Assembly (NCBI GenBank): GCA_020354125.1
Contig: CP070643.1
Coordinates: 3,588,934 to 3,652,933, forward strand
Direction: 5' to 3'
Length of the DNA: 64,000 bases
From: Betaproteobacteria bacterium
GTDB lineage: Bacteria > Pseudomonadota > Gammaproteobacteria > Burkholderiales > Eutrophovitaceae
In this document: one piece after another, positions 39,034-48,843 of the stretch
How positions within the stretch are numbered: the first letter of the stretch is position 1
How the letters are laid out: each line of letters starts with the position of its first letter
Notes under the pieces: generated by a model
Database searches by the model: none
What the model was told of the DNA's origin: nothing
Seen by the model: only the letters and a program-made list of their open reading frames with translations
Position numbers and translations under genes: made by a program

Positions 39034-42000
39034 TCAACTCTGCGACGCGCGCCAGCAACTGCTGTTCCTCGAACGGCTTGCCGAGAAAAGCGCTGGCTCC
39101 GAGCTGCATTGCGTGATTACGATGTTTCTCCGCAGTTCGCGAAGTGATCATCATGACCGGAAGTTCCCGCCAATTTGGATCGCTTCGCATGCGACGCAGC
39201 ACCTCAAAGCCGTCCATACGCGGCATCTCTGCGTCGAGTAATACAATCTGCGGGCGGTCGTTTTCAAGGCTTTCGAGCGCTTCCACCCCATCACGAGCTT
39301 CGAGCACACGGTAGCCGTTCCTCGACAGAACACGGTTGGTGATCTTGCGCACCGTCAACGAATCATCGACGACGAGAACGGTCGCGATGGCAGGCGCCTT
39401 ATCAACTGTGGCAACCGATTCCCGCCGGCGCAATGGCATCGGAACCGGTTCTTCCTGTGCCAGCCTAATGGGATTGAGGATCAATACAATCTCGCCTCCG
39501 CCGCGCACCGCAGCGCCGAGCATCCCACTGACACTCACTAGCTGAGAGCCGATCTCCTTGATAACGACTTCTTCGTGTGTCACCAGTTCATCGATGCGGA
39601 TTGCGATACGCTGTGCCCCGCCACGCAACAGAACGACTGGTGTGAAGGCCTGCGCCTCATGAGAAGCTTCTGCGAAACCCAGCAGCTCACGCAGGTTGTG
39701 CAGCGGATAGCGATGCGACTGCCAATCCACCAAACCGGCCTGGCAAACAGTTTCGAGCGCTTGCGGCTTTAGCGTGCGCACCTGTTCCACCATCATAGCC
39801 GGCACGGCAAAAAACTGGCCGCCGCAGCGCATGACCAGTACTTGCATCACCGTCATGCTCAGCGGCAAGCGCACCGTAAACACGGTCCCTTGTTGCGGTT
39901 CGAATGCGACATCGATGCGCCCCCCAACCGCCGCGACCTCATTGCGCACCACATCGAGCCCGACGCCGCGCCCGGCTGAAGCGCTGACCTCGGAAGCGGT
40001 GCTCACGCCCGGCTCAAACGCCAACTGTGCAAGTTGTTCGGGTGACAAAGGGGCATCGGCTGCAACCCGTCCTGCCTCGACGGCACGCGTGCGCAAGCGC
40101 TCGAGGTCGAGGCCGCGACCATCGTCCTGCAACACAAGCACCACTTCGTTGCCCTCCTGGCTGACATCGACAACGATCTCACCGGCCTCTGGTTTGCCAG
40201 CGGCGGCGCGCTCCTCTGGGGTTTCGATGCCGTGAACAACTGCATTGCGCAAAAGGTGTTCGAGTGGCGCTGCGATGCGGTCCACGACGCCTCGATCCAG
40301 GTTGGCTCCGCTGCCACGGATATCCAGACTTGCCCGGCGGCCAGCATCACGAGCCGTCAAGCGAACCACGCGATAAAGCCGCTCGTTGAGAGTTGAGAAC
40401 GGCACCATGCGTACGTTCACCAGACTGTCCTGCAAAACTCGCGTCATGCGCTCCTGCGCAGCGAGTGCCCCATCGCAACCATCGATTTGACGGACAATTG
40501 TCTGCGTTATCGACGTCACGTCATTTGCGTTCTCTTCGATCAGCCGGGTAAGTTCCTGCAAGCGCGTGAAGCGGTCCAGCTCCAGCGGGTCGAGAGAACC
40601 TTCTGATTCGTCGGCACGCACCTGGCGTGACTGGATCTGCGTTTCGGCCTGCATCTCAAGCTCTCGAAGCTTCAGGCGCAACTGTTCGACAGTCGATCCC
40701 ATCTCACGCATTTGTCCCCGAATGGCGCGCACCTGTCCCTCGACGCTGGAGCGCGAAGTGACAAGTTCCCCCGCCTCGGTCGCCAATCGTTCCAGCAGAT
40801 CGACTCGAACCCGCAAACTTGGTTGCGCCGGCAAGGCCTCTGCTTCGGCAGCGGCAGATTCAGGTTTCGACAAGCGCTCAAGCAGAACGCCCATCCGGTC
40901 AAATGAGACTTCCAGAGCATCGAACAGTGTGCCGGGGACAATCGGCAACTCGGCTGCGGTTACGACTCGTGCCTCCATACTGTGCGTCAACTCGCCCAGA
41001 GCCATCGCACCGGCCATGCGCGCGCCACCCTTGAACGTGTGCAGCAAACGCGTCAGCGCCTCATGGCTGCCTGGCTGCTGCGGATCGGCACGCCAACTCC
41101 GCAGCGCCTCGCTGATCTGCGGAACAAGTTCGGCCGCTTCCTCCAGAAAATGAGGCAGCAACGTAGGGTCAATGTCGTCCCGCATGCGCTGTTGGCTACG
41201 CCGCTCGCCAAACACCCCGGCTTGAACGTCGAGCAAACCAGTGTCGGCCACTGAATTGAGCACGCCGGCATCGAGAACACCGATGTCGCCCAATGAATCA
41301 AGAACACCAGTATCGACAACACCAGTATCGAGAACACCGGTGTCGCCAAAGGAATTGAGAATGCCGGTGTTGACCAATGAATCAAGCTTGCCAGTATTGA
41401 GCGCACCAGTGTCACCGAACGGATCGAATCCGATCGGTTCAGCTTGTCCGTCGCCATCCCGACTCGGGGCATCGACCAGTTCCAGCTGGATACCGGCCAT
41501 CCCGCTTTGCTGCTGCTGCGCAATTTCGCGCAACTGCGCTTCCAGATCAGGGCGAGCTGTCGGCGCCTTCAGCGCCCTGATGCTGTCAAGCATCTCGCGC
41601 AAGGCCGTTGCAACCGATGCACATACGTCGAGCTCTACTGCGCTCAGCTGCACACCGTGCTCATCAGCGCCACGCAGCACGATCTCGAGCGCGCCAGCGA
41701 GTCCGCGCAACTCGGGAAAACCCGCTGTTCCGGCAATACCACGCAGCGTATGCGCCAGACCGAAGCGCTCGTGTGCTTTGGCCTTATCGACGGACGCTAC
41801 TGGTGTGACAAACTCGTCGACAAGCGCATTGGTCGCTCGCCCGGCCTCGCCGACAAAGACATCAAACAAGGTTCTTGACAGCCGCACATCACCGACGACG
41901 ACACTGGGCGTCTCGTCGACGGCGCGCCCCATAGTCTTACTCTGTACAGATTCTTGTCCGGTCGATTCTCGTTGAGCCGGATCTCGAGAGACGGTACCGT

Positions 42001-44356
42001 GACCAACGCGCTCCGCCCACTGCGTCAGTTCGCCGCTTTCGATGCGCACGCGCTTGTCGCTTGCCAGGGCTCCGACCCACGACCGTATGCGGATCAGTGC
42101 GGTATCAAGCAGCAGCAGTAGCTCTTCGGAATTGCTGACCTCTGCTTGGACGGAAGCATCGAGTAGTTTTTCCAATACGTAGGCAGCCTCCGCGAAGCGC
42201 GACAGACCAACCATGCGGCCGCTGCCTTTCAGCGTGTGAAAGCCTCGCCGCAAGGTGAACAGTGCTTGTGCGTCAGGCCAGTTAGCGCGCAATCGCTCGA
42301 GCGTTTCACCAATTTCCCACAACACGGCGTTCGCTTCGTCCACGAATACCGACAACAATTCAAGGTCGGTTGGCACATCGACACCTTCGACGTCACCATT
42401 CTCAGCCGACGGCAACGTCGCAATACGATGCTCCGAATCTGCGTCGTGCGCAGTGCCAGCAGACAGTTCTGCGTGCGCTATCGGCTTGTCGGAAGACGCA
42501 GTGACAATGGATGCTTCTGATTTGCTGTCGCCTTCTTGCTCCTGCAATGAAACGGGCTGGTCAGGTTTTGCAGATTCGTCTATTCGAGACTCCTCGCTTG
42601 ACTCAACGGTTTCCGCTTGATCGTCGCGTGCAGGCGCTGGCGGCTCCGCCGTTATCGCATTCTCAGCCGGCTGTGCTGATATGACGTTGTCCGGCGCGCC
42701 AGCCTTTTGCAGAATTTCGGCCAGATCCGCTTCATCCTGTTCAAGGCGATCGGCATAAAAAGACAGCGCCGATATGACTGCGGCGAGGTCTCCCCTCGCC
42801 CGCTGTTGGTCTTCCAGCGTCGAACCGGCCAGGCTGTTCGTCTGGTCGATGCAATACTGAACTGCCGACACCGCGTTGTGATCACCAGTGACCTGCAAGG
42901 CACCTCGCGCCTGTTCAAGCGCATGCTTCACGGCATCTATGGCATCGGTAGCATCCGGATCGGCGAAGTACTCGGATAACTTCTGCTCGGCGATATTGAA
43001 CAGGCTGACCAGTTCGCCACCAAATGCACGCAGCAGGGCGCGCTCTCGGGACTTCCAGGGAAGCTCTGGAGTATTCAAAGAAGCTGCGTCGCCTTGTTGC
43101 AACAAACTTTGCAAGCGACTGTTCATCGCATCGAGACGTGGTGTTCGGTCGGGGTCGTCCGTATCGCTGAGCGCATCCGCGACAACGATTAATGCCATCG
43201 CCACTTCAAGGTCGATATCGGTTCGCTTTCTATCGGTTCGATTACTATCGGTGCGTTCAGTACCGACACGTGAAGCCTCGGACGCGCTTTTCGCATCTGC
43301 CGCGGCACGCACTGTTTCCAGCAACGGCACCAGCTCGTCCGGCAACTCACGCGCAATTTCTCTGACACGGGTGGTGAAGGCCTGCACGCTGGCAGGGCCG
43401 CCATCGGCGGCGGCAGCCTCCCACAAATCCGGCAGCCCCTGCACAAGCGACTTGATTTCTTTTTCGTTTACTGGTGGTACGGTGGTCGACTCAGGCTGAC
43501 TGGCCTCGAGTTCATAGTGCTCGCGCACCTCACCAACCAATGCACTTCCGGCCACGCCCTGAGCGAGGAAATAGAGCATTTCTCGCAGCAACGCTTCAGG
43601 CGGCTCGATTTGGTCCGCGCAAAGTCGCGCAAGATACTTGTCCATCCGCGCAAAGACACGTTTGACGTGCACGCTGGTCGGTATGTTGCCACTGTCCAGA
43701 TGCTCCATGAAAGCGCGGGCGATCCACCACGGCACAGGATCCGGCGCCTCGGCATGTATCTGGCCAACAATATCTCGCATCGCGCTAAGACTGTCTGTGT
43801 CACCTCGCAACCAGTCGAGTAATGCTTTCTGGAACCTGGCTCGCAGTTCGCGTAACGAACCGGGACTGAAGTCCAGGCTATCGGCACTTTCCGGTGCCCT
43901 CACGCCGTCTGGTACCGAGCGTGTCAGGTTCGTTTCAAAAAGCTCCAACTCGGCCAACCGATCGGAACCGCGTGCCCCAAGGAGCTCACCCATAATTTCG
44001 GCAAACGCCAACGGGTCTGGCGCCATGCCATCGACCAGTCCATGGACGTAGTCCTGGACCGATTCGAGTCCACGCGCACTAATGGTGCGTATCTCCGCCA
44101 GTCGCGAATCGGCCAGCGTTACTTCCTCGGCGTCAATGGCCTCGCCCAAGAGCTGCTCGATTTCGAGCAGCACCCTTGTCGCACCGGCCACTTCTGCAAC
44201 CCTTAATGCACCACGCACTTGCTCTATGACACTACGTGCGCGCTCAAGCGTATTGGCGTCATCAGCCGCCCCTTCGGACTGGAGCATGGTCTTCGCCTCG
44301 GCCAAGCTGCGCTTGACCTCGTCGGCGATCATGCTTAGCGTCACATCGTTTTGCAT
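39014..44356 (-). CDS. chpA: ChpA/PilL-type hybrid CheA histidine kinase (multi-Hpt, HATPase, CheW, receiver)
   Basis: 1780-aa ORF. Three Hpt motifs with His (FHTLKGSGRM, AHTLRGIAGT, LHTFKGGARM) and two N-terminal His-less Hpt-like modules. HATPase N/G boxes, a CheW-like domain, and a C-terminal REC (VLVVDDS...LLDAEMP). Confidence 0.9.
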   Translation of the reverse strand: MQNDVTLSMIADEVKRSLAEAKTMLQSEGAADDANTLERARSVIEQVRGALRVAEVAGATRVLLEIEQLLGEAIDAEEVTLADSRLAEIRTISARGLESVQDYVHGLVDGMAPDPLAFAEIMGELLGARGSDRLAELELFETNLTRSVPDGVRAPESADSLDFSPGSLRELRARFQKALLDWLRGDTDSLSAMRDIVGQIHAEAPDPVPWWIARAFMEHLDSGNIPTSVHVKRVFARMDKYLARLCADQIEPPEALLREMLYFLAQGVAGSALVGEVREHYELEASQPESTTVPPVNEKEIKSLVQGLPDLWEAAAADGGPASVQAFTTRVREIARELPDELVPLLETVRAAADAKSASEASRVGTERTDSNRTDRKRTDIDLEVAMALIVVADALSDTDDPDRTPRLDAMNSRLQSLLQQGDAASLNTPELPWKSRERALLRAFGGELVSLFNIAEQKLSEYFADPDATDAIDAVKHALEQARGALQVTGDHNAVSAVQYCIDQTNSLAGSTLEDQQRARGDLAAVISALSFYADRLEQDEADLAEILQKAGAPDNVISAQPAENAITAEPPAPARDDQAETVESSEESRIDESAKPDQPVSLQEQEGDSKSEASIVTASSDKPIAHAELSAGTAHDADSEHRIATLPSAENGDVEGVDVPTDLELLSVFVDEANAVLWEIGETLERLRANWPDAQALFTLRRGFHTLKGSGRMVGLSRFAEAAYVLEKLLDASVQAEVSNSEELLLLLDTALIRIRSWVGALASDKRVRIESGELTQWAERVGHGTVSRDPAQRESTGQESVQSKTMGRAVDETPSVVVGDVRLSRTLFDVFVGEAGRATNALVDEFVTPVASVDKAKAHERFGLAHTLRGIAGTAGFPELRGLAGALEIVLRGADEHGVQLSAVELDVCASVATALREMLDSIRALKAPTARPDLEAQLREIAQQQQSGMAGIQLELVDAPSRDGDGQAEPIGFDPFGDTGALNTGKLDSLVNTGILNSFGDTGVLDTGVVDTGVLDSLGDIGVLDAGVLNSVADTGLLDVQAGVFGERRSQQRMRDDIDPTLLPHFLEEAAELVPQISEALRSWRADPQQPGSHEALTRLLHTFKGGARMAGAMALGELTHSMEARVVTAAELPIVPGTLFDALEVSFDRMGVLLERLSKPESAAAEAEALPAQPSLRVRVDLLERLATEAGELVTSRSSVEGQVRAIRGQMREMGSTVEQLRLKLRELEMQAETQIQSRQVRADESEGSLDPLELDRFTRLQELTRLIEENANDVTSITQTIVRQIDGCDGALAAQERMTRVLQDSLVNVRMVPFSTLNERLYRVVRLTARDAGRRASLDIRGSGANLDRGVVDRIAAPLEHLLRNAVVHGIETPEERAAAGKPEAGEIVVDVSQEGNEVVLVLQDDGRGLDLERLRTRAVEAGRVAADAPLSPEQLAQLAFEPGVSTASEVSASAGRGVGLDVVRNEVAAVGGRIDVAFEPQQGTVFTVRLPLSMTVMQVLVMRCGGQFFAVPAMMVEQVRTLKPQALETVCQAGLVDWQSHRYPLHNLRELLGFAEASHEAQAFTPVVLLRGGAQRIAIRIDELVTHEEVVIKEIGSQLVSVSGMLGAAVRGGGEIVLILNPIRLAQEEPVPMPLRRRESVATVDKAPAIATVLVVDDSLTVRKITNRVLSRNGYRVLEARDGVEALESLENDRPQIVLLDAEMPRMDGFEVLRRMRSDPNWRELPVMMITSRTAEKHRNHAMQLGASAFLGKPFEEQQLLARVAELIEQAAA
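41226..41425 (-). repeat. Degenerate 15/30-nt tandem repeats inside chpA encoding [DN][ST][GL]..DTGVL-type peptide repeats
   Basis: The protein reads GDTGALNTGKLDSLVNTGILNSFGDTGVLDTGVVDTGVLDSLGDIGVLDAGVLNSVADTGLLDV. The nucleotide-level repeats are visible on the plus strand. Confidence 0.8.
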
Positions 44357-44374
44357 GACGATTCACTCACTGGT

Positions 44375-46084
44375 TCATGCGACCTTGAACTGCGCCACGG
44401 AGGATTTGAGCGACTGTGCCTGACCGGCAACCTCTGTTACGGACGTGGTAGCGAGCTGCGTGCCCTCCGTTGTGGCCGATGTCACGTCCAGCACATCACG
44501 CATGATCTTGCGCACTTCTTCTGCGACGACGACCTGCGTCTCGGTATTGACGGCGATGCGCTGAATCATCTCGGCCAGATCGCGCGTAACCGTTTGGATT
44601 TCCTGCAGCGAGCGGCCCGCCGTATCGGACAGCCGCGCTCCGTCCACCACACCCTGGATACTGCTTTCCATGGCTGCCGCCGCCTCCTGCGCATCGCTTT
44701 GAATGGTCCGCACCAGTCCGGCAATCTGCGTTGTCGCTTCACCGGAGCGCTCCGCGAGCAACTGCACTTCCTCGGCTACGACAGCAAACGCGCGCCCGGC
44801 TTCTCCAGCCGCCGCCGCCTGGATCGCTGCATTCAGCGCCAGAACGTTGGTCTGTTCAGCAATATCAGTGATCACGTCCACGATCTCGCCGATTTCCTGT
44901 GAGCTTTCACCCAGACGCTTCATGCGTTTGGCTGTTTCCTGTATCTGCTGGCGGATCTCGTTCATGCCGCCGATCGAGTTCTGCACCGCCTGCGAGCCAC
45001 GCTCGGTCGTCTGAAGTGATTTGAGAGCAACATCCGCCGATTCGTTAGCGCTCTGTGAAACCTCCGTCATCGACTGCGTCATCATTTCGACCGAAACATC
45101 GGCCGCTTCAATGTCTTCTGCCTGCCGGGCTGCGTCGGCGATCAGGCGCCGCGACGTTTCCTGGGCACGATCGGTTGACGTAGAGACTTGGTCCGCCGCG
45201 ACGTTAATGTCGCGCACGACCTTGCGCAGCTGGCTCACCGTAACGTTCACCGAGTCGGCAATTGCGCCAGTGATTTCTTCGGTGACCTCTGCCTGCGCGG
45301 TGAGATCGCCGCTGGCGATGACCGACAATTCATCCATCAGGCGTAGAATGGCCGCCTCGTTACGCTTGTTCTTCTCGACCACGTCGTCCGATTCTGTTCG
45401 CCGCTGTTTGATCGAGCCAAATACCTTGCCACCCAACAAGACGAGAGCTACCAACGCGATCGCGACTGATGCTCCGCCAAACACCCTCGCTTGCTTTACC
45501 AGACCCTGCATATCGCGGACACGCATTGCCTGAAGTTCACTGCGTCGTGCCGCGATCGTCGTACTGAGCTTGCCAAGAGCCTGGCCGAGTAAGCGGTGCA
45601 GTTCGGGGGCGCGCAACATGTTCTCGCCATCAAGAAATGACAACTGCTTCCATTGATTCTTCACTTGTTGCCATTGCGCCGCGGTGTGCAGTTCGTTGCC
45701 GACCGTGCGATGGGCTGCCTCGACGGCGTTAAGGGTTTTGTTTACCTCCGCGGTACTGCGCTGCAGCGCTTCGCCTGCCGCAAGGTCCCCCGACAACCAA
45801 CGTGCTGTGGCGTTTTGGTGCGCCATCGCCGCGTTGACCAGGCGCGCAACGTCAGCCGCATAAGCCTGCTCTCGCATCTCGGCGCGCCCGTTTGCCAGCG
45901 ACGAGCTTTGTCCCATTGTCGCAACTATTCCAAGCGTCACGATAGGCAACAGAAAGATGAGACAAAGGACTGCCAACAACTTCGAAACGCCCGGCGTTTT
46001 ACGCCTTTCTCCACCCTTGCGTCGATTTGCCTGGCCAGAAGCCGTCTTGGCGGTTACGGAATTAATGGTATCGGTGAGTTCCAT
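44375..46084 (-). CDS. pilJ: Methyl-accepting chemotaxis protein PilJ
   Basis: 569-aa ORF with an N-terminal TM helix, a periplasmic region and a second TM helix. Conserved MCP signalling hairpin ([33 protein letters not shown]). Position in the pilGHIJ-chpA order. Confidence 0.87.
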   Translation of the reverse strand: MELTDTINSVTAKTASGQANRRKGGERRKTPGVSKLLAVLCLIFLLPIVTLGIVATMGQSSSLANGRAEMREQAYAADVARLVNAAMAHQNATARWLSGDLAAGEALQRSTAEVNKTLNAVEAAHRTVGNELHTAAQWQQVKNQWKQLSFLDGENMLRAPELHRLLGQALGKLSTTIAARRSELQAMRVRDMQGLVKQARVFGGASVAIALVALVLLGGKVFGSIKQRRTESDDVVEKNKRNEAAILRLMDELSVIASGDLTAQAEVTEEITGAIADSVNVTVSQLRKVVRDINVAADQVSTSTDRAQETSRRLIADAARQAEDIEAADVSVEMMTQSMTEVSQSANESADVALKSLQTTERGSQAVQNSIGGMNEIRQQIQETAKRMKRLGESSQEIGEIVDVITDIAEQTNVLALNAAIQAAAAGEAGRAFAVVAEEVQLLAERSGEATTQIAGLVRTIQSDAQEAAAAMESSIQGVVDGARLSDTAGRSLQEIQTVTRDLAEMIQRIAVNTETQVVVAEEVRKIMRDVLDVTSATTEGTQLATTSVTEVAGQAQSLKSSVAQFKVA

Positions 46085-46138
46085 TTGAACCTCGCTTCAG
46101 TTAAATCGATCTCCGACAATGCTGGGTGTGCAGCGCCC

Positions 46139-46678
46139 TCAAGCGGCCGCCGCACAGAATGCTTCCGCGGACAGCAATCGGGATAAGGCAAGTTCGCGCC
46201 AAGACTTTCCTTGCGCGTCTGAGTACTGCTTGACGACCCAGCCGTCTTCAGCAGACGGCAGCAGCGACAATTCAGCGATACTTTTCAGACCCAGCACGCG
46301 GTCGACCAGGATCGCTGCATTACTTCCGTGGCGCTGTCCGACGAGCAGCAGTCGAGCACGCGGATCAATCGCTGTTGGTGTCTCGCCAAAGAAGGCAGCA
46401 AGATCGGCAACCGCATGTAAGCGCCCGCGCACATTGGCCAGACCCAGCATCCATGGCTTGGTCCGCGGCACAGGTGTGATCGCCGGCACAGGTATCACCT
46501 CACCGGCATCTGGCAGAGCCAGTAGCCAATCGTGACTGCCGACACGGATGCCGAGCCGCAGATCTTTCTGCACCACGGACGCTGCGGCGCCGATACGTTT
46601 GGACAACGCCTCCTGGAATTCTTGCAGACTCGCACCGCGGCCTGCACGGCCTGCCCGTATCCGACCGTTCTTTCTCAT
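46139..46678 (-). CDS. pilI: CheW-like coupling protein PilI
   Basis: 179-aa ORF with a CheW fold pattern (GLANVRGRL..V.DL). It lies between pilH and pilJ. Confidence 0.8.
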   Translation of the reverse strand: MRKNGRIRAGRAGRGASLQEFQEALSKRIGAAASVVQKDLRLGIRVGSHDWLLALPDAGEVIPVPAITPVPRTKPWMLGLANVRGRLHAVADLAAFFGETPTAIDPRARLLLVGQRHGSNAAILVDRVLGLKSIAELSLLPSAEDGWVVKQYSDAQGKSWRELALSRLLSAEAFCAAAA

Positions 46679-46681
46679 CGC

Positions 46682-47047
46682 TCAACCCTGCGCGGCGATC
46701 TTTGTCAACAGCTCTGCGCTGTCGATCGGTTTGACGACAAAGTCCTTCGCGCCCTGCTTCAAACCCCATATACGATCAGTTTCCTGGCTCTTTGAAGTGC
46801 AGATGATCACCGGAATGTCCCGCGTTGCTTCATCTTCGGCGAGCTGGCGGGTCGCCTGAAAACCATTCAGCCCCGGCATCACAACGTCCATCAGGATCAA
46901 ATCGGGCTTGAGCGACTTGGCTTTGCTGATTCCTTCTTGACCCCCGGATGCCGATATCACCTCGTAGCCCTGGGGCACCAGCAGTTCGCGCAGGAATTGC
47001 TGGTCAGTAGCGGAGTCTTCTACCAATAGAATCGTTTTGATTGCCAT
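46682..47047 (-). CDS. pilH: Response regulator PilH
   Basis: 121-aa single-domain REC. Near-collinear with P. aeruginosa PilH as I recall it (LMDVVMPGLNGFQATRQL...IPVIICTSKSQETD..WG.KQGA). Confidence 0.88.
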   Translation of the reverse strand: MAIKTILLVEDSATDQQFLRELLVPQGYEVISASGGQEGISKAKSLKPDLILMDVVMPGLNGFQATRQLAEDEATRDIPVIICTSKSQETDRIWGLKQGAKDFVVKPIDSAELLTKIAAQG

Positions 47048-47101
47048 CGTTATCTCCTTGACTGTCTATTGACGTTCGTCATCGGTTACCACTGGTGGGC
47101 A

Positions 47102-47620
47102 TCATGTCGCGCCGCCTCGCGTGTTGTCTCGCACTGCCTGGAGCAGGCTTTCGCGGCTAAACGGCTTGGTCAGGTATTCACTGGAACCGACGATGTTGCC
47201 GCGCGCCCGATCGAACAAACTATCCTTGGAAGAAAGCATGACGACAGGGATGTCACCAAATGCAGGGCTCTTCTTGAGCAGCTCGCAGGTCTGATATCCA
47301 TCCAGGCGAGGCATCATCACGTCGCAGAAAATGACGTCGGGACGATGTTGCGCAACTTTGGCCAGCGCTTCGAATCCGTCTTGCGCGAGAATGACTTCGC
47401 ACCGCGCATGCTTGAGAAACACGTCCGCGCTGCGCCGGATGGTGTTCGAATCATCTACTACCAATACCTTGACGCCGGCGAGGCCTGCCAGGTCGCCGGT
47501 CGGGTCTGTCATGTTTATCGGAGAACTCGTGTCATCCGACTCGCTGATAGACGCAGCGGATGCCGCCTGCTGTTCGCGTTGTTGCAGAGCACGAACATCG
47601 AGAACACCCGAATCGTTCAT
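47102..47620 (-). CDS. pilG: Response regulator PilG
   Basis: The REC domain closely resembles P. aeruginosa PilG (VVDDSNTIRRSA...DVMMPRLDGYQTC...LSSKD.LFD.A.G.IVGS.EYLTKPFS). An N-terminal extension of about 50 aa is present. The ORF is open to 47647. Confidence 0.88.
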   Translation of the reverse strand: MNDSGVLDVRALQQREQQAASAASISESDDTSSPINMTDPTGDLAGLAGVKVLVVDDSNTIRRSADVFLKHARCEVILAQDGFEALAKVAQHRPDVIFCDVMMPRLDGYQTCELLKKSPAFGDIPVVMLSSKDSLFDRARGNIVGSSEYLTKPFSRESLLQAVRDNTRGGAT

Positions 47621-48514
47621 TGGAAGCCCCCCCTTGTTCCTGGGCACTGCAACCGGTTTACGTAATTGGTTTGGCCACCACGCGAACGCGCCAGAACAAC
47701 TCGGCGCGGAGGCGCGAAAACATCTCGACGTGACGGCTTTGAACTCCAGAATCGGCGGCTTGCGCCTTGTCTTGAGCTATTTTCTGTAGCCGCGATAAAT
47801 ATCGCGTTCATGACCTCGTCCGGTTTGCATGTGCACCCATCGGCAGGTTTGAGAACGCTGTACTCGGGTTGAGGCAGAAGGGGCCGCGCTAGGTGCGATA
47901 CAGGTAATTCCTGTTTCGTTGGACTGGCGGTCCCGCTGTCCTCGGAACAAAACGTTCCATTAGACCGGTGACTTTGCGTCCCCGCCTTTCGACGGGTTTG
48001 CCCTGGTGCAGTACAAAACTAATACCCGCTCCTTGAGAAGCAAGCCCCTTGCCAGTCTGAGGAAACTACTGCCGTGCGATAGTCCCACTACGCGCCGCGA
48101 CCGTCATGTTTTTTCACAGCCACTTCAACGCGTTAGATGCCCCGTCGCAGAGCAGACCGAGGTCCCGCTGCTCCGATCATTGAGTGGATCGACGCGTTAG
48201 CGATCGTGGTTCGCGCGGAGAGCGCTTCAACGCCAGCTGTGGTGAGCGGCGAGGGTGACCAAGTCGGCAGAAGGTCCGGATCAAACTATCGTCTGGGACC
48301 CGGATCGACACCGAGGCCTAAGAAGGCATCTCGCCAGCGAGCTCTCAGCCAAGCCCTTTGCCTGGAAGCGCCCACTAACATGATCCGCGAGGCCCTGGTC
48401 CGCCGGGAGATTGCCGGACGAACTGCTGGTGCCCGGCTCGGGCTGGCACAGTCACGCGTTCAGCGCCACCACCGGCACTGCCGGTTTCTCTCACCGATCG
48501 GTTCCGCCAAAACT

Positions 48515-48550
48515 GAGCCGCCGTCTGCTCCACGGAACAGACGGTGGCCC
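48515..48550 (-). terminator. Probable intrinsic terminator downstream of the 93-aa gene
   Basis: Minus strand reads GGGCCA-CCGTCTG-ttccgtggag-CAGACGG-CGGCTC followed by AGTTTTGG. It lies 12 nt after the stop codon. Confidence 0.5.
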
Positions 48551-48561
48551 ATGACTGCGTG

Positions 48562-48843
48562 CTACTTCTTCGGCGTGCGGCCGCCATCGTCCAGGCACGC
48601 CCGGATCGAATCGTACGGTTTGAAGTTCTTCACGCGTGCGTAATGCCGACTCGACGTGTCGTGGCAAACACCGCTCTGACTCATCTTCACAACCTGTGTC
48701 TCATCTTGTGACCAGGATGTCACTGGTGTTGCTGTTAGTGCAAACGTAACCAGGGCTGAAGCCAACACCTTGGACGAAAGCGAGCGGAATCGAATAGCCT
48801 GAGTGTTTTCGAACGTCATGAGAGTTCCTCCATTTAGTGTCAA
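48562..48843 (-). CDS. Small secreted hypothetical protein
   Basis: 93-aa ORF with a signal-like segment (VLASALVTFALTATPVTSW) and a Cys/His-containing C-terminus (SGVCHDTSSRHY...ACLDDGGRTPKK). No family assigned. Confidence 0.5.
   Translation of the reverse strand: MTLNGGTLMTFENTQAIRFRSLSSKVLASALVTFALTATPVTSWSQDETQVVKMSQSGVCHDTSSRHYARVKNFKPYDSIRACLDDGGRTPKK

Noticed and set aside
38293-39147. 284-aa plus-strand ORF antisense to the kinase and the chpA 3' end
   Set aside because: Shadow ORF. The opposite strand carries complete Hanks kinase motifs.
41241-41975. 244-aa Ser/Thr/Pro-rich plus-strand ORF antisense to chpA
   Set aside because: Its repeats (SRTPVS...) are the antisense reading of the chpA DTGVL repeats. 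It has no independent support.
47880-48550. Possible known structured RNA: group II intron (GTGCG at 47893; hairpin at 48515-48550 as domain V), tmRNA, RNase P RNA, SRP RNA or a cobalamin riboswitch
   Set aside because: The hairpin lacks the domain V bulge and GNRA loop and is better explained as the terminator of the adjacent minus-strand gene. I found none of the conserved blocks (GGAAAGUCCGG and ACAGAACCCGGCUUA of RNase P, a tRNA-like T-arm with CCA end for tmRNA, a B12 box). A covariance-model search is needed.
48137-48643. 168-aa ORF in the ORF-poor region upstream of pilG
   Set aside because: The sequence is Arg/Pro/Ser/Ala-rich and runs antisense into the 93-aa gene and across its terminator hairpin. 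It is not protein-like.
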